The notes beneath the pieces were generated by a model. That model had not been told where the DNA came from, ran no database searches, and saw only the letters and a list, made by a program, of their open reading frames with translations. Positions 1 to 13,400 of a stretch of 64,000 nucleotides of DNA are shown here, one piece after another. Made by a program: the position numbers and the translations under genes. The stretch lies in NCBI RefSeq assembly GCF_009914755.1, contig NC_060942.1. The stretch is one strand, 5' to 3'. The stretch's first letter is position 1; the number at the start of each line of letters is the position of its first letter. Source of the stretch: the human T2T-CHM13v2.0 reference genome, Homo sapiens.

Positions 1-630
1 AAGGACAATGGAAAGATTGAGGTATTTTAGGAGGTTTAATGTTATATATTTAGACTAAGCAATTTGATTGATTACAGAAAATGTATTACAAATAAAAAAA
101 TCATAATGAGATAAGTTGATGACACCTATTGCATCAATCCAGTGTGTAATGAAGTTGGGCTAGTTGAAGATCATAGTAAAATAGAATTGAACAGACTCAG
201 AAGTAAAGTTTATATAGATAATGCCTATTACTTGACTACATTTGACTGTAAGGGAGAAACAAAATTGGTGTAAAATTTTCTTGCTTGAGGAGCTAGCAAG
301 ACAATACACAACTCCAGGAGTTCATTCATTTAAAAAATGTCTTTATGAATTGTTACATAAGGGAAAGATAAGTTGAATATTGTCCATAATGAATTTGAAG
401 TGTGCATATGAAAACAAGTGGAGATGCTCAGTAGGTAATTGAATATATAGAAAAATATACAGAAAAAAAAAGCATGCTATTAAAAAAAAAAGTACCTTTA
501 ACACCTTCTCACAGGAGAATGACAAAATTCCCCCTAAAACCAGAAGCCATTTATTTAGTGAAATAGCTTGGTGGGTCACATTTTTGTAAGTGTTGAGCAA
601 GAAGCAGACCCATTACAATGGGTCAAGAAG

Positions 631-1065
631 TGTATTAGTCAAGGCCACAGAAGAAAACATAAAACCTATTTGGCAAAGGTTTTCAACATAATATGAGAAT
701 CAACTATCTATAAAAATCTTGGCAGGATTAAATGAGGCATCCTACCACCAGAACCAGCAGGAAGCTTTATTACTCTTGGCCTGGAGAGACAAGTAGAGGG
801 TTAGAAATTGTTGAGAGCTAGAGCCATAAAGGGACCTACAAGGTATAAATACTCAAGGATAGATTACTAGAAGAATTCTAGTGAAGTGGCAGGGAGGAGA
901 AACTGAGTAAAATCCAGACCTTTCTCTCCTTTTTCCCTCTAATCTCCTGCCAGCTCCTTTTATTCTCCAATCTCAATAAAGGCTAGAGGCAGAAAAGCCC
1001 AGATAATGTAGCCACGATAATGAGCCAACAGGGGCCTAGAATAGAAAAGGGTGGAGAATGAAACA
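631..1065. mobile_element. Old MaLR LTR (MLT1-type) relic
   Basis: Begins tgtattagtc; later ctctaatctcctgccag ... gggtggagaatg resembles MLT1 LTR consensus; heavily diverged. Confidence 0.5.
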
Positions 1066-2119
1066 AACAACTAAAGAAAACTTCAAGAGAAATCAATGGG
1101 AAATGATGACCTGGGGACAACCGACATGATGTAGTAGTTGATTTCAAGAATTTAGGGTATAAATGGGAAGAGATGAATTTATAGTTGGGAGGCGATGTGT
1201 TAAGAAAGTTAGATACTTAAGAGAGAAAGTTGAAGGAATTCATACTAATGGGGATGGGTTTGGTTTTACAAAGTAAGAAATGAATTTATACAGTACATAT
1301 ATACATATCCTAAGAGCCCATGTCAAGAAGAAAATCCAAATATCTTGTTCTAGGGTGTGAGAATGATCATCAAGACTGTTTTCTGTGCTTCCTTCCCCCT
1401 AACATTACATAGGTCCATAATGGCTAAATCTCCTTACTGTCCAACTGTACAAGAAGGGACCTAATTCTGAGTGGTCTATTTCGGTTCATTTCTATGCAAA
1501 TTATCTGGCATTAAAATTCAATTTAAAAAATTAGCTCAGCTCCTATTGTGCCACCAGGATGATTTAAATTCTGTTTTTTCTTAAAAGAAAAGGAGCAGAA
1601 CATCTCTAAATCTTTGCATTTCAAATATTTGGTTTCAGTTTTGGGTCTGGTTCTCAACACTGACCACTAGTATTAACATACAGTTTACTAGAGGAAACTT
1701 GTGTCAAATTTTCTATAACAATAGTCACAACAACATATAATGAAAAGAAAAAAATGTAACATCAACTAGGATGGGATGCTAGCGTCGACAGTTTATTTTT
1801 ACTCCTGGTATTACAACCTATATTTTCACTGTTTTAAAAAAGATTCAAGTTCCACATGAACCTAGCGGTACACTAACAATATGACAACAACGTAGCCACT
1901 TATCTCAGTAAAACAAAAATTTTACTACTTTTGGTGGTGCCTTGCAGACTCATTTTTTTCAGAAATTGCTTATCATCTGTTTATTTATAATATTCAAGAT
2001 ACCCATAGGTGATATGGAATGAAATGATAGCCAATTGTATTCATTAGATTTTGCTCCATATTAAGCCACCTCAAAATTTATTGAATTAAACTAGGAACCA
2101 TTTTATATTTGTTCACAAA

Positions 2120-2670
2120 CCACATGAGTACCTTTTCTTGTCTGGGCCAAGATGTTTGATTTCTACTAGGATATCTGGTAAGTCTGGGTGAGCTGGACAA
2201 TCTATACTGACCACCCTCATATGTCTGGTAGCCTCCAGGTTAGCAACATGAGCTAGTTTACTGTCAGCCAGGCCCCAAATTCTCTCCACGTGGTCTCTCA
2301 TCTGCCATCAGCTGGAGCTGACTTATACCTGAATGAGAGCTTGTTTTACATTATCAGGGGTTTTGTGAGGTAGTTATTATACACTTGGTGGCTTGAAATC
2401 TGCCATAGTGGGAGTATTTGTACCATAGACATTGGAAAATACTACATATCAGAGCCTTCTCTGCCCCCTTTACCCCAAGAAACAGCTCCTAAACATTTAC
2501 CAGGACATCATTGCTTCTTGTCTTCCAAAAGACTGGCTTAGGCTCAATTCCATGGTGGCCTCAGTATTCCAATAGTAACAATAGAGGGCAGTCCCAATGC
2601 AAAACTCTCTTGTGCTATTATTCCTTTCAGCAGAACAAGACACATGGCCAAGTCCAGAGTCAGTGCAGAA
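2120..2670. mobile_element. MLT1-type LTR relic interrupted by MER63
   Basis: ctctccacgtggtctctcatc ... cacatggccaagtccagagtca motifs typical of MLT1; split at about 2305-2512. Confidence 0.5.
2305..2512 (+). mobile_element. MER63 (hAT-Blackjack DNA transposon)
   Basis: ggcttgaaatctgccatagtgggagtatttgtaccatagacattggaaaat and terminal aaacatttaccaggacatcattg match recalled MER63. Confidence 0.65.
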
Positions 2671-2867
2671 TACCACTCATGAATTTAAAGGAACCAACGA
2701 TTGATTCACAGAGTAACTGGGGTGAATCTCAAAGGCATTATGTTGAGTAAAAGAAGCCAGTGTCAATAAAAACATATGTATGACCCCATTATAACATTCT
2801 CATTTTTTAAAAAAAGAGTTTTATGGTATTTTTGAGAGGTAAAAAGTAACCACCTCGCAGCCGCTTG

Positions 2868-4150
2868 TACACTCATTTATTCAGTGAATCAATAATATTC
2901 TGTGGGCATCTACTATTTGCTAGGTTCTGGGCCAGGTGTTGGGGTGATGATAGTGATCCTAAGACACTCAGTTTTTCCCCACGAGTCCCACAGTCTTGGA
3001 GTGGAGATGCAGGAAGGAGAGAGAAACAAAAACATGTAAGAAAATCAAACGAGCAAATTAAAAGTTTAATGAGTGTTATGAAGGTAGTAAATAATGTGAG
3101 ATGAGAAAAAACAAAGGAGTGAAGAGGGTGGAATGGTGCTCAGAAAAAGCCTCTCTCTGCTCTGTGTAATGAATAATCTTTTATTTAGTTCCAGTGAGAA
3201 GGATATACAATAGAAGAGCCGAAGGAAACAATATTCAGGCAGACAAGAGAGAAATGGAAACTCCCTGAAGTGGAAATGGATTATGTGTTTCAGAAAATGA
3301 AAGCAGGAATTTAGTGAATGACCAATGAGTGAGAAGAGATGAAGCTGAAGGTTAATATGTAAAATACAGGATATCAAGGGCTCATTATGGAGACTGGATT
3401 ATATTTCTAGAGCAATGGGGACTATGATGGTCCCTTGGTGTCTATGGGGAATTGGTTCCAAGATCCCCGCAGATACCAAAACCCATGGATGCTTCAGTCC
3501 CTGGTATAAAGTGGTGTAGCATTTGCATATAACTTATGCACATTCTCCCGTATACTTTTAAATCATCTCTAAATTACTTATAATATCTAATACAATGTCT
3601 ACATATCACTTCGTTTAAGTGAATTCAATGTAGTACTTGGTGTGTTGCAAATTTCAGTTTTGATTTTGAAGATTTGTGGAATTGTTTTTTTCTAAATACT
3701 TTTGATCTGTGATTGATTGAATCCATAGACACAGAACCCATGCATACAGAGGAATGACTGCATGTTTATCATTTTAAAGTTGTTTGACTTATTTATCTTA
3801 TTTTTAAAGATTTATCTTATTTTTAAAGACTGCTCTGAGCATTCAGGAGAAATTGACTGGAAAAAAAATCAGTGCAGAGAGCTGGAGATTACTAGAAGCC
3901 CTTCGAAACATTTAAGGAGAAAGAAAGGGAAGGTTTAGACAAGGGAAATTGTAATAGAAAGCTTTGATGGAAGTGGGAGTGAGAAAATGGAAGGAGCGAA
4001 GTTTCTGGTTGAAGCCACTGCGGGAATACAAATGCCGTTACCTGGGTTAAGGGAGACTAAAGGAGGACTAGATTTGGAAACAGAAGAACTGAAATGCCTG
4101 TGAAAATTAAACAGAAGATGTGAAGAAGAAACGTGGTCTATCAGTCTGGG
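2868..4150 (-). mobile_element. L2 LINE 3' portion, interrupted by MER2
   Basis: cactcatttattcagtgaatcaataatattctgtgggcatctactat is the reverse of the L2 3' end; L2-like purine-rich body continues on both sides of MER2. Confidence 0.65.
3425..3761 (+). mobile_element. MER2 (TcMar-Tigger family)
   Basis: ttggttccaagatccccgcagataccaaaacccatggatgc ... tttgcatataacttatgcacattctcccgtatactttt ... gaacccatgcatacagagg. Confidence 0.8.
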
Positions 4151-5284
4151 CTAACGATTGGGCTCCTTTCCTCAATTAAGCTCATCAAATTTCCTGGGCA
4201 CTCACTCTGTGCCACAACATTTACTTTTGTCTTTGTCACCTGCTCTTCTCTGTAGATTTCCTAAGTCTTTCTACAGCTCTAATGGGATATGTTTCCATAA
4301 CATCCCAAAGCAAGCTATTTTTATATCTGGGCAGTTTTACCCACTTATGTCTGTTGTATGGTCAAGTACTGCGTAGTGATAATTAAAATATTGGATAATT
4401 TTGGCAAAATATTGTGTTGTATGGAATTTGAAAACCTTGACATAAAAATTTTCAAAAAAAGAAAGAAGTATAAGATTAGAGAAAACAAAATTCTAATTTT
4501 CTTAGACCCATTGCTGGATTTGCATTTCTTTGGATCTAGTTTTCTTCAGGCCCTGTGCATGTGTGCTAGTGCTTACTGGCACCGTCACTTTAGATAAGGA
4601 CAAAGAAAGCATAGAGGCAGAACATTAAATGAGGGTAAATGTAGTTGCTGCAAACTTTGAGGTCACTACATTTCTGTCTCATGACATATGTTCTCATTTG
4701 CAATTATGGGCAAACAATTTAAAAGTTCTTACCATCTTGATATGGGGGAGAAGCAACCAAAATAGTGTTAATAACTACCATAGCAAGATGAATTCACTTA
4801 ACGAAGTTTGTTTTTTAATTGGCTTTTGCAATTCATGAGATTGCCTATCTGAGACTTTGGGGAGTATCATGATATTTAAATAGTTCCTTTATAGGCTCCT
4901 GTGATTCCCTTTTTTAAATTATTTTTTAAAAAGTTTTGGAAACTTCTCCTCTTCACCCTTTTGTTACTTTCCTGAGATTTATCTCAAAATTGGTATGTGG
5001 AATTTAATCGCATCAAGCTTAAAAGCTACTATACATGTTGCCATTCAGAGAGATAAAGGGATTCTGGGCTAAAGTTATTACCAAATCAAGGCAACCTGGG
5101 TTTTTGAGCATGAGGACTTGGGGTTTGGGTGTGAGAGCCTAATATAAAACAAAATAGTGAATTATTGCTGATTATTGTTACTGCTAACACAAGCATGGGA
5201 TTGAAGTAGCAAGATAAAAGTGAGCATGCTGATGTATACTTCAGAAAGAGCAGAGAATATCATTGGGCACAACTTTGTTATTTT

Positions 5285-5410
5285 AGAGGTAGGAGGATCA
5301 CTTGAGGCCAGGAGGTCAAGGCTGCCGTGAGCCATGATCACATAGTTGCACTACAGCCTGAGTGATAGAGCAAGACCCTGTCTCTTAAAATAATAATAAT
5401 ACTAATAAAA
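5285..5410 (+). mobile_element. Alu monomer/partial (FLAM or AluJ-type)
   Basis: aggaggatcacttgaggccaggaggtcaaggctgc ... gagcaagaccctgtctc followed by an (AAT)n tail. Confidence 0.8.
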
Positions 5411-6095
5411 ATTTATTTTAAAGACCAGGTAGACATCCTTAGATAGAGGTTTTCCGCAATCAGATCCTTATTTAAGCAATATATAGCAGTTAAACGTATG
5501 TTCTTTGTGCATTCAAACCTTCAGACTACCAGTGTGCCTTGTGACGCTAACTTTAGCACTAAATTGTAGCTGCTTCTAACACAAAGTTAGGATTATAATA
5601 ATATCTACTTTATAGTATTGTAAGGATAATAAGGTAATCATTATCCTTATCCTGGTTACATATCACTGCAAGATAACTAAATCAATCTCATCATACATTC
5701 GCATATGTTCTCTTACCCATTATACATGTTTTTAGAACTTAACCCTCTCTGTCAGACTTATTTTATTACCTATAAAGTTTTGTGAGTCGAATATTATGAG
5801 AATATTTTCTAAAGATATACAAATAGAAAACAAACGTAGCAAAAAAATGGATCTAACAGATAATAAAAATGGACCCCTATTAGATTAATAAAGAGTAAAA
5901 CAAAAGGATATTACTAAATAAGACAGAAAATTTGAAAACATGGAAGCTCTATTTGGTCAAAAATTACTGAACAACTTTTAGAAAGCAATTTGCTGTATTT
6001 ATCAAATTATGTCCATATTCATGAGCTGATAATTGTATTTCTAGGAGTCTATCTTGAATAATTTCTTCCCTAATTCTGTAACATAAAATTAAATG

Positions 6096-6096
6096 C

Positions 6097-6122
<26 letters not shown>
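6096..6122. repeat. (TA)n microsatellite
   Basis: Pure dinucleotide run. Confidence 0.95.
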
Positions 6123-6127
<5 letters not shown>

Positions 6128-6222
6128 TTGGAAATGATGAACTGTAGAAAATATAGCCTCATGAAGAAATGGGTAAAGCAAGTCATAAGGAGAAAATAAA
6201 CTGTTGATTTTCTCAGTGCAAG

Positions 6223-6299
6223 AGTGTCATCTGAACACCTACTATCTACCCACAAAAACTGAAAATTAAAATTAAAAAATTAATAAAGTGTCATCTGAA
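6223..6299 (+). mobile_element. Extremely 5'-truncated L1 (L1MA-like 3' terminus) with TSD
   Basis: Direct repeat agtgtcatctgaa at 6223-6235 and 6287-6299 flanks cacctactatctacccacaaaaa plus an A-rich tail. Confidence 0.65.
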
Positions 6300-6972
6300 A
6301 CAGACTGACATTGTTTCCTCGTTCTGAGAAAACGCTGCTCCACTCACATAATGAGCTAGAATAATTCTGACTTCAAAATTTGAAAAGGGTCATATAAGAA
6401 GGAAAAATTATAGGCCAATCTCGCTCAAAAACAAAAATACAAAATTCCTTTAAACAAAGAGCAATACAAATTCAGGAAAATAGAATAATAAAATAGCATC
6501 CATTTGAGATCACACAGCAATGCAATGTTGATGAACTGAATGAACATTTGATAATAATTTAATACAATTCACTGTATTAACAGAATAAAAGAAAAACTGT
6601 ATATATAATATATATATAGTTACTTCAATAGGTGCAAAAACTGTTTAAAAATAATAATTATTGTTGTAAAGAAAATTTTCATAAAGAATATAAAAAGTAT
6701 ATATGGCTGAAAAGTTTAATATCAGCCATAAGCACACAATGCTATCTAGGAATGACACTGTGATCTACTCCCCTTATTTGAAATATCAATGCTGAAGGCA
6801 AAAATAATTTTAACAAAAAAGCCAAAAATGTAAACATAAAGTAGAAGGAGGTGAGGTTCACAGCACATGAGGTGAGGAGGTGAGGTTTACAGCACATCTA
6901 ATTCAAAAGGACTTTAGAGGCCAACTAGTTGAGTGGTTATCAGATTCATCTGATCATCAAAATCCCTGGAAA

Positions 6973-7525
6973 TTTTTTTTCCTTTTCAACTTTTATTTTA
7001 GATACAGGGGATAAATGTGTAGATTTGTTACAGGGGAATCTTGTGTGATGCTCACACATACGATGGGATCCATACTCTAAACCTCACATACTGAGTATGG
7101 ATCTCACAGGTAGTGAGCATAGTACCTGATAGGTGGTTTTTAAACCAAGCTCCCTTTTCACCCTCTAGTAGTCCACAGTGTCTATTGTTACCATATTTAT
7201 ATTTGTATGAGCTCAATGTTTAACTCCTAGTAATAAGTAAGAACATGCAGTACTTGGTTTTCTGTTCCTGAGTTAATCTGCTTAGGATTATGGCCTTCAG
7301 CTCTACCCATGTTGCTGCAAACAACATTATTTTATTCTTTTTTATAGCTGCATAGTATTCCATGGTGTATATTTACCATTTTTATAAATCCAAACTATTA
7401 TACCACTGATGGACATCTGGGTTGATTCCATGTCTTTGCTATTGGGAATAGTGCAGTAATGAGCATACAAGTCCATGTGTGTTTTTGGTAGAATGATTTA
7501 TTTTCTACTGAATATATATCCAGTA
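6973..7525 (-). mobile_element. L1 3' end (L1PB/late L1PA-type)
   Basis: T-rich tail, then tttcaacttttattttagatacagggg ... gctgcatagtattccatggtgtat ... gggttgattccatgtctttgctattg. Confidence 0.85.
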
Positions 7526-7559
7526 AAAATGGTAAAAGAAAAAACACCCTACAAAATAG

Positions 7560-8496
7560 AGTGTTATGCCACCAAAAATGATAAAGTAAGGAGCTAATCT
7601 AAAATCCCTCTTCCATAAAGAAATGAAAAATTGACAAAAATTTACAGAGCCACTGTTTCCATATCCCGGAGATTAAGGAAAGGCTTACAGCAACCCAGGG
7701 AACATTTATTAAAGAAAAGTAGTTTGGTTCTTAACAGTAAATACTAAAAAGAGCCCGTTAGGTTGAAGTAAAAGTCCTAGACAGTAACTTGAATACATAT
7801 GAAGAAATAAAGAGGACTAATAAAGGTAAATGCATATGTAAATGTAAAATACATAAATACGTATTTTATTTGTAATACTTTTTTCTCCTACCTGATTTAG
7901 AGGATAACTTCACAAAGAAACACCTACAAATCGACTTGTTGTTCAGCACAACATGTATAAAGATGTAATTTGTATGACAATAACAGCCCGGAGAAAGGGT
8001 AAAAACAGAGCTATAAGGAAGCAAAGTTTTAAAAATATTATTGAAATTAAATAGATATTAATCCAAACTTGATTGTTATAAGTTAAGGTGATAATTCTAA
8101 GCCCCAGGGAAACCACTAATACAAGATAATTAAAACAATATACTAGCAAACATATGTTTAACATGAAAGAAGACTATAATAAGAAAGAGAAACAGAAAAG
8201 ATACAAGACATATAGAAACAAATAACAGAGTAGCGGATGCCCTACCTTATTATTAATGACTAAATGTAAATAGATTAAATACTTCAATTAAAAGGCAGAT
8301 ATAAGCAGAATGGATTGAAAACATGACTTATCTATATGACGCCTATAAAAAACTCACTTTTGATTCAAACATACAAATAGGTTGACAGAAGATTCATGAA
8401 AAAAATATACAGTATGCCAACAGCCATAAGCAAAAGAGAGTTGGAGTGGATATATCAACATCAGATAAAATGGACTTTATAACAAAACATCTTTAC

Positions 8497-8531
<35 letters not shown>

Positions 8532-10520
8532 CACATATATATATAATACTTTCAGTTTTAGGGTACATGTGCACAACGTGCAGGTTAAATATGTATACAT
8601 GTGCCATGTTGGTGTGCTGCATGGCACACACCAATGTTAAATGATGGTTAACTCATCATTTAACATTAGGTATATCTCCTAATGCTATCCCTCCCCCCTC
8701 CCCCCACCCCACAACAGGCCCCGGTGTGTGATGTTCCCCTTCCTGTGTCCATGTGTTCTCATTGTTCAATTCCCACCTATGAGTGAGAACATGCGGTATT
8801 TGGTTTTTCGTCCTTGTGATAGTTTAATAGAGAGAGAAGGACATTGTGTAATGATACAAGCATAAACCCATCAAGAAGATTAAACAATTTTGTACACATG
8901 TGTGTATGTGTTTATTTATTTCATTAAATGGCAACAGAGCCCTAAAATACATAAAGAAAAAAACTTACGTAATTCAAGGGAGAAATAGACAGTTTCACAA
9001 TAATAGACAAAAATTTTAGTACTTTTAAGTAGAACACTAAGATAGTGTTCAGCAAGGAAATAAAAGACTTGAAAAACTCTGTAAGTCACCTAGACTTAAT
9101 GTATTTATAAAACACTCCACCAAACAACAGTAGAATACAATTTCCTCAAGTGCACATAGAACATTCTCCAGGATAGACCACGTATTAGGCCCTAAACCAA
9201 GTCTCACTAAATTTAAAAGGATTAGAATCATGCAAACTATGTTTTCTGATTACAATGGAATCAAATTAGAGATCAATAACACAATAAAACTTGAAAAATT
9301 AACAAATAGTGGAAGTTCAACAACATATTCCTAATATCCATTGGACCAAAGAAAGAATTACAAGGCAAATTATAAAATGCTTTAAAATGAAAATGAAAAC
9401 ACAGCATACCAAAACATACGTAAATCTTTGTGACTTTGGATTAGGCAATAATTTCTCTGATTTGACACCTGAAACACAAGTAACCAAAGAAAAATAGATA
9501 TTTAATTTTATCAAAATTAAAAACTGTTGAGGTTTAAATGACACAATCTAGAAAGTTCAAAGAAAACTCACCAAATGAAAAAAAAAATTGTGAAGTTATA
9601 TCTGACATGGGTCTCGCATCCAGAATATATAAAGAACTCTCAAAAATAACTAAAGACAAATAACCTACTTAAAAATGGGCAATGGATTTGAATAGACTTT
9701 TCTCCAAACAAGACATGCACATAACCTTAACCACATAATATTGCTCAACATCATTAGTCATTAATAAAATGCAAATTTAAACTACAATGATATACCAATT
9801 CACAACCATTAGGATAGCTGTAAGTAATTTAAAAAATGGAAGATAACAAATGCTGTCAAAATTGTCAAGAAATTAAATTCCTCATCTATTGCTTGTAAGA
9901 ATGTAAATTGGTATAGCCACTCTGGAAATCTGTTTGGTAGTTCCCCAAAAAGTGAAACATATGCCCCAGAAATTCCAATTCTAGTCAGAGTTCATAGGTT
10001 TTTATTTCATTTCAGAGAAATAAGATGTTTATCCAAAAACTTGTACACAAGTATTCATAGCAGCAGTACTATCGACAATCAAAACTGAAAACAACCTAAA
10101 TTCCCATCAACTGATGAATGAATAAACAAAATTTCTATATCCTTACAATGGAATATTACATAGCTATAAGAGGGAATACAGTATTCATACATGCCATAAC
10201 ATGGATGAAACTTAAAAACAATATGCCAAGTTAAGGAAGCCAGACACATTATTATTATGTCATATCACTTATTAGAAATGTCCAGAATAGGCAATTCCAA
10301 AGAGTCAGAAAATAGTTTAATGGTATCCAAAGGCTGCATTTAGGGAGAATGGGAAGTAAATGCTAATGGTTGCAGGGTTTCTTTTGGGGTTGTGTAAAAT
10401 GTTTTAGAGTTAGACAGTAGTGATAGCTGCATAACCTTGTTAACATGATAAAATTTACTGAATTGTACACTTTAAAAGGATAAATTTCATGGTAAATGAA
10501 TTATAAATCATTTTAAAAGA
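7560..10520 (+). mobile_element. Old L1 (L1MB-type): ORF2 fragments and 3' UTR
   Basis: Endonuclease-region sequence (agaacattctccaggatagaccac) and L1MB-like 3' end (gggtttcttttggggttg ... tgaattgtacactttaaaagg). Confidence 0.75.
8497..8825 (-). mobile_element. Short L1PA 3' end with (TA)n tail, nested in older L1
   Basis: gggtacatgtgcacaacgtgcagg ... ccctcccccctccccccaccccacaacaggccccggtgtgtgatgttcccc. Confidence 0.9.
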
Positions 10521-10870
10521 GAAGTAAACAATATTCATGATTTTTTTCTTTAAAAGAAAACAGTATGAACTTCCACTTCCAGCCATGAGGTACTACTGGA
10601 GTTAATTTCCCTTCATAATCAACAAGAAAACTGGATAAAATATACCACTACATTGTGTTTAAGCATTAGTCTACATGCAACACAAGACTAAGATCCTTGA
10701 GGGAATAAAATATAAGATTAATATTATGATCAACCTAGTTTCCTCCTTGGAGGTACTTTCTACATTTCAGGGCAGCAAAGGCAATTCAAAGCAGAGTACA
10801 GTTGACCTGATGAGTTAGAAACAGAAAATGGAGTTCAGAGAGCTGGCGATGGCCAAAATCTACATCCAGG

Positions 10871-10871
<1 letters not shown>

Positions 10872-10909
<38 letters not shown>
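10872..10909. repeat. (CAA)n microsatellite
   Basis: About 12 units, seen directly. Confidence 0.9.
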
Positions 10910-10910
<1 letters not shown>

Positions 10911-11108
10911 AACAGAAAAACTCTCCAGAAGTTTCTATGGGGCCCACTTGAGTTGTTATTGAATAGTAAGATGAATACACAAAGGCTAAATCTTCTAAAA
11001 TCAAGGAAAAATTTTGTAGAGCTATAAGCTGAACTGTGTGAGTTTACTCAGGAGACGTATGATGTCTGATCAGCCAGAGAAGACAGTCTTTTAAAAATAC
11101 CCAAGACT

Positions 11109-11541
<433 letters not shown>

Positions 11542-11699
11542 CTAGTCGACCCTGGGCAATTCCTTAAATACCAGATACTTCCTTAATACTAAGGTTAAAG
11601 TAGCTTAGAGAAGCCTACTCTAAACCCATCCTAAAATATTTAAAAATAAAATGACATAATTAGCCTAGCCCACAAGTAAATTTGCGACTGAACAAAGAC

Positions 11700-13400
11700 T
11701 ACTACTTTTGAATAAAAAAAGAATCCAGCACTCAGAAATATTTTTAGTGTCCACCATTGATAAATGTAATAAAGCATAAAAATATACATCGTAATGAGTA
11801 GAATTGGAAACTGATTCAAATAAGCTCAGAAATTACCAAGATGTGGAAATTAGGATAAAATAACTTTAAGAGAGCTGTCATAAATATGCTCAAGTATACA
11901 AATAAAAAATATAAACAGAATGAAGAGAGGAATGGAATATATTAACAACATCAAGATTTTGTGAGGTGAAAAATGTTAGGCACCACAAAGGAAATTATCA
12001 GTAAACTAGAAGACACAGCAATAGAAAATCTCTAAACCAAAGTACAGAGACAAAAATGTGAAAGGAAAAACTGAACAGAGTCCCAGCAATATGCAAGAGA
12101 ATGCCAACTGGCCTAACACGTATGTAACTGGAGTTCCAGAGGAAAGGATAAAATGGGGACCAAAATGTTCTGAATTTGATTGAAAGTTATAATAAAAAAA
12201 GTCAAGAAGTTCTACCAACCTCAAGCGAGATAAATCAAAAGAAAATCACAAGAAGACATATCACAATTCATATGGGAAACTTGTCATACAGAAAATATCT
12301 TACAGTAGCCATGGATAAAAGAACAACCATATACTGAAAAACCAGGATTTGAATAACTGAATGCTTATTATAAAACAGGATTCGAATTGTTAAAAAAACT
12401 GAATGAAAACAACAGAGTCAACACAATCATTTAAGTATGAAAAATATCTTTCAAAATGAAAGTGAAATGAAGACTTTGTAAGTCAAACAAAAGCAAGACA
12501 TATCATGGTTGATATTATTCTACCACAAAAACGGAAAGTAAAGGAAGTCCCAAATTAAAAAAAAGTAGCAAGGTAGTAGATATAAACCCAACATATCATT
12601 TACATTATATGTAAATAGTATAAGAAGTCTACTAAAAGGCAGACATTGCTAGAATGAACAATACAAGCAAGAGCCAACTATTTGCTGCCTACCTTGAATC
12701 CACTTTAAATATAAAGGCACAGACTACTTAAAACATAAAAAGATGAACAAAGATATACAATACAATGCAAATAGTAATTATAAAGGAGCGAAAGCAGTCA
12801 CATCAATATCTGACTCTGTAGATTTCAGAAGAAAAAATATAATCAAAAGTAAACAGAAGCATGTCATATGAGAAGGGGCTTAATCAATCATGAAGACACA
12901 CCAATCCTAATCTGTTTGCACCTAATTTCAGAGTTTAAAATAGATAGAATCAAATATTTCTTATCAAATCAAATCCTCCACCTGACTTGAAAAATAACAT
13001 AAACATAAAAACCTACAAAAAATGTTTATAGCAGTTTTATTCATAATCACCAAAAACAGAGAAAAAGCAACCAAGAAGTCCTTCAATATACAAATGGATA
13101 CACCAACTGTGGTGGAAATACAATGGGATACTATTCCATATAACAAAGAAAGAGCTATTAATCCATGCAACAACAAGAATGAATCTTGAATGTATATTGC
13201 TAAATGAAAGAAGACAGTTGAAAAGGCTACACTTTGTACAATTTCATTTGTCTCATGTTCTGGAAAAGGCACATCTGTGGGCATGGAAAACAGAAGAATG
13301 GTTTCCAGGTGTTTGAGGAGGGGAAGTGGTTATCTGTAAAGGGGTGCACAGGGGAGTTTTGATCATGACACATCTAGACTGTATGGTACTAGAGTTTTGT
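11700..13400 (+). mobile_element. Ancient L1 (L1M) ORF1/ORF2/3' UTR fragments
   Basis: tatgtaactggagttccagagg, atatctttcaaaatgaaagtgaaat, aatgtttatagcagttttattcataat. Confidence 0.65.

Noticed and set aside
1620-2110. Possible second chemoreceptor (OR/V1R) remnant on the minus strand (SGYVVVILLVYR)
   Set aside because: Only one short hydrophobic stretch; stops nearby and no diagnostic motifs
3791-3828. 19-bp tandem duplication atttatcttatttttaaag
   Set aside because: Ordinary slippage duplication within an old repeat
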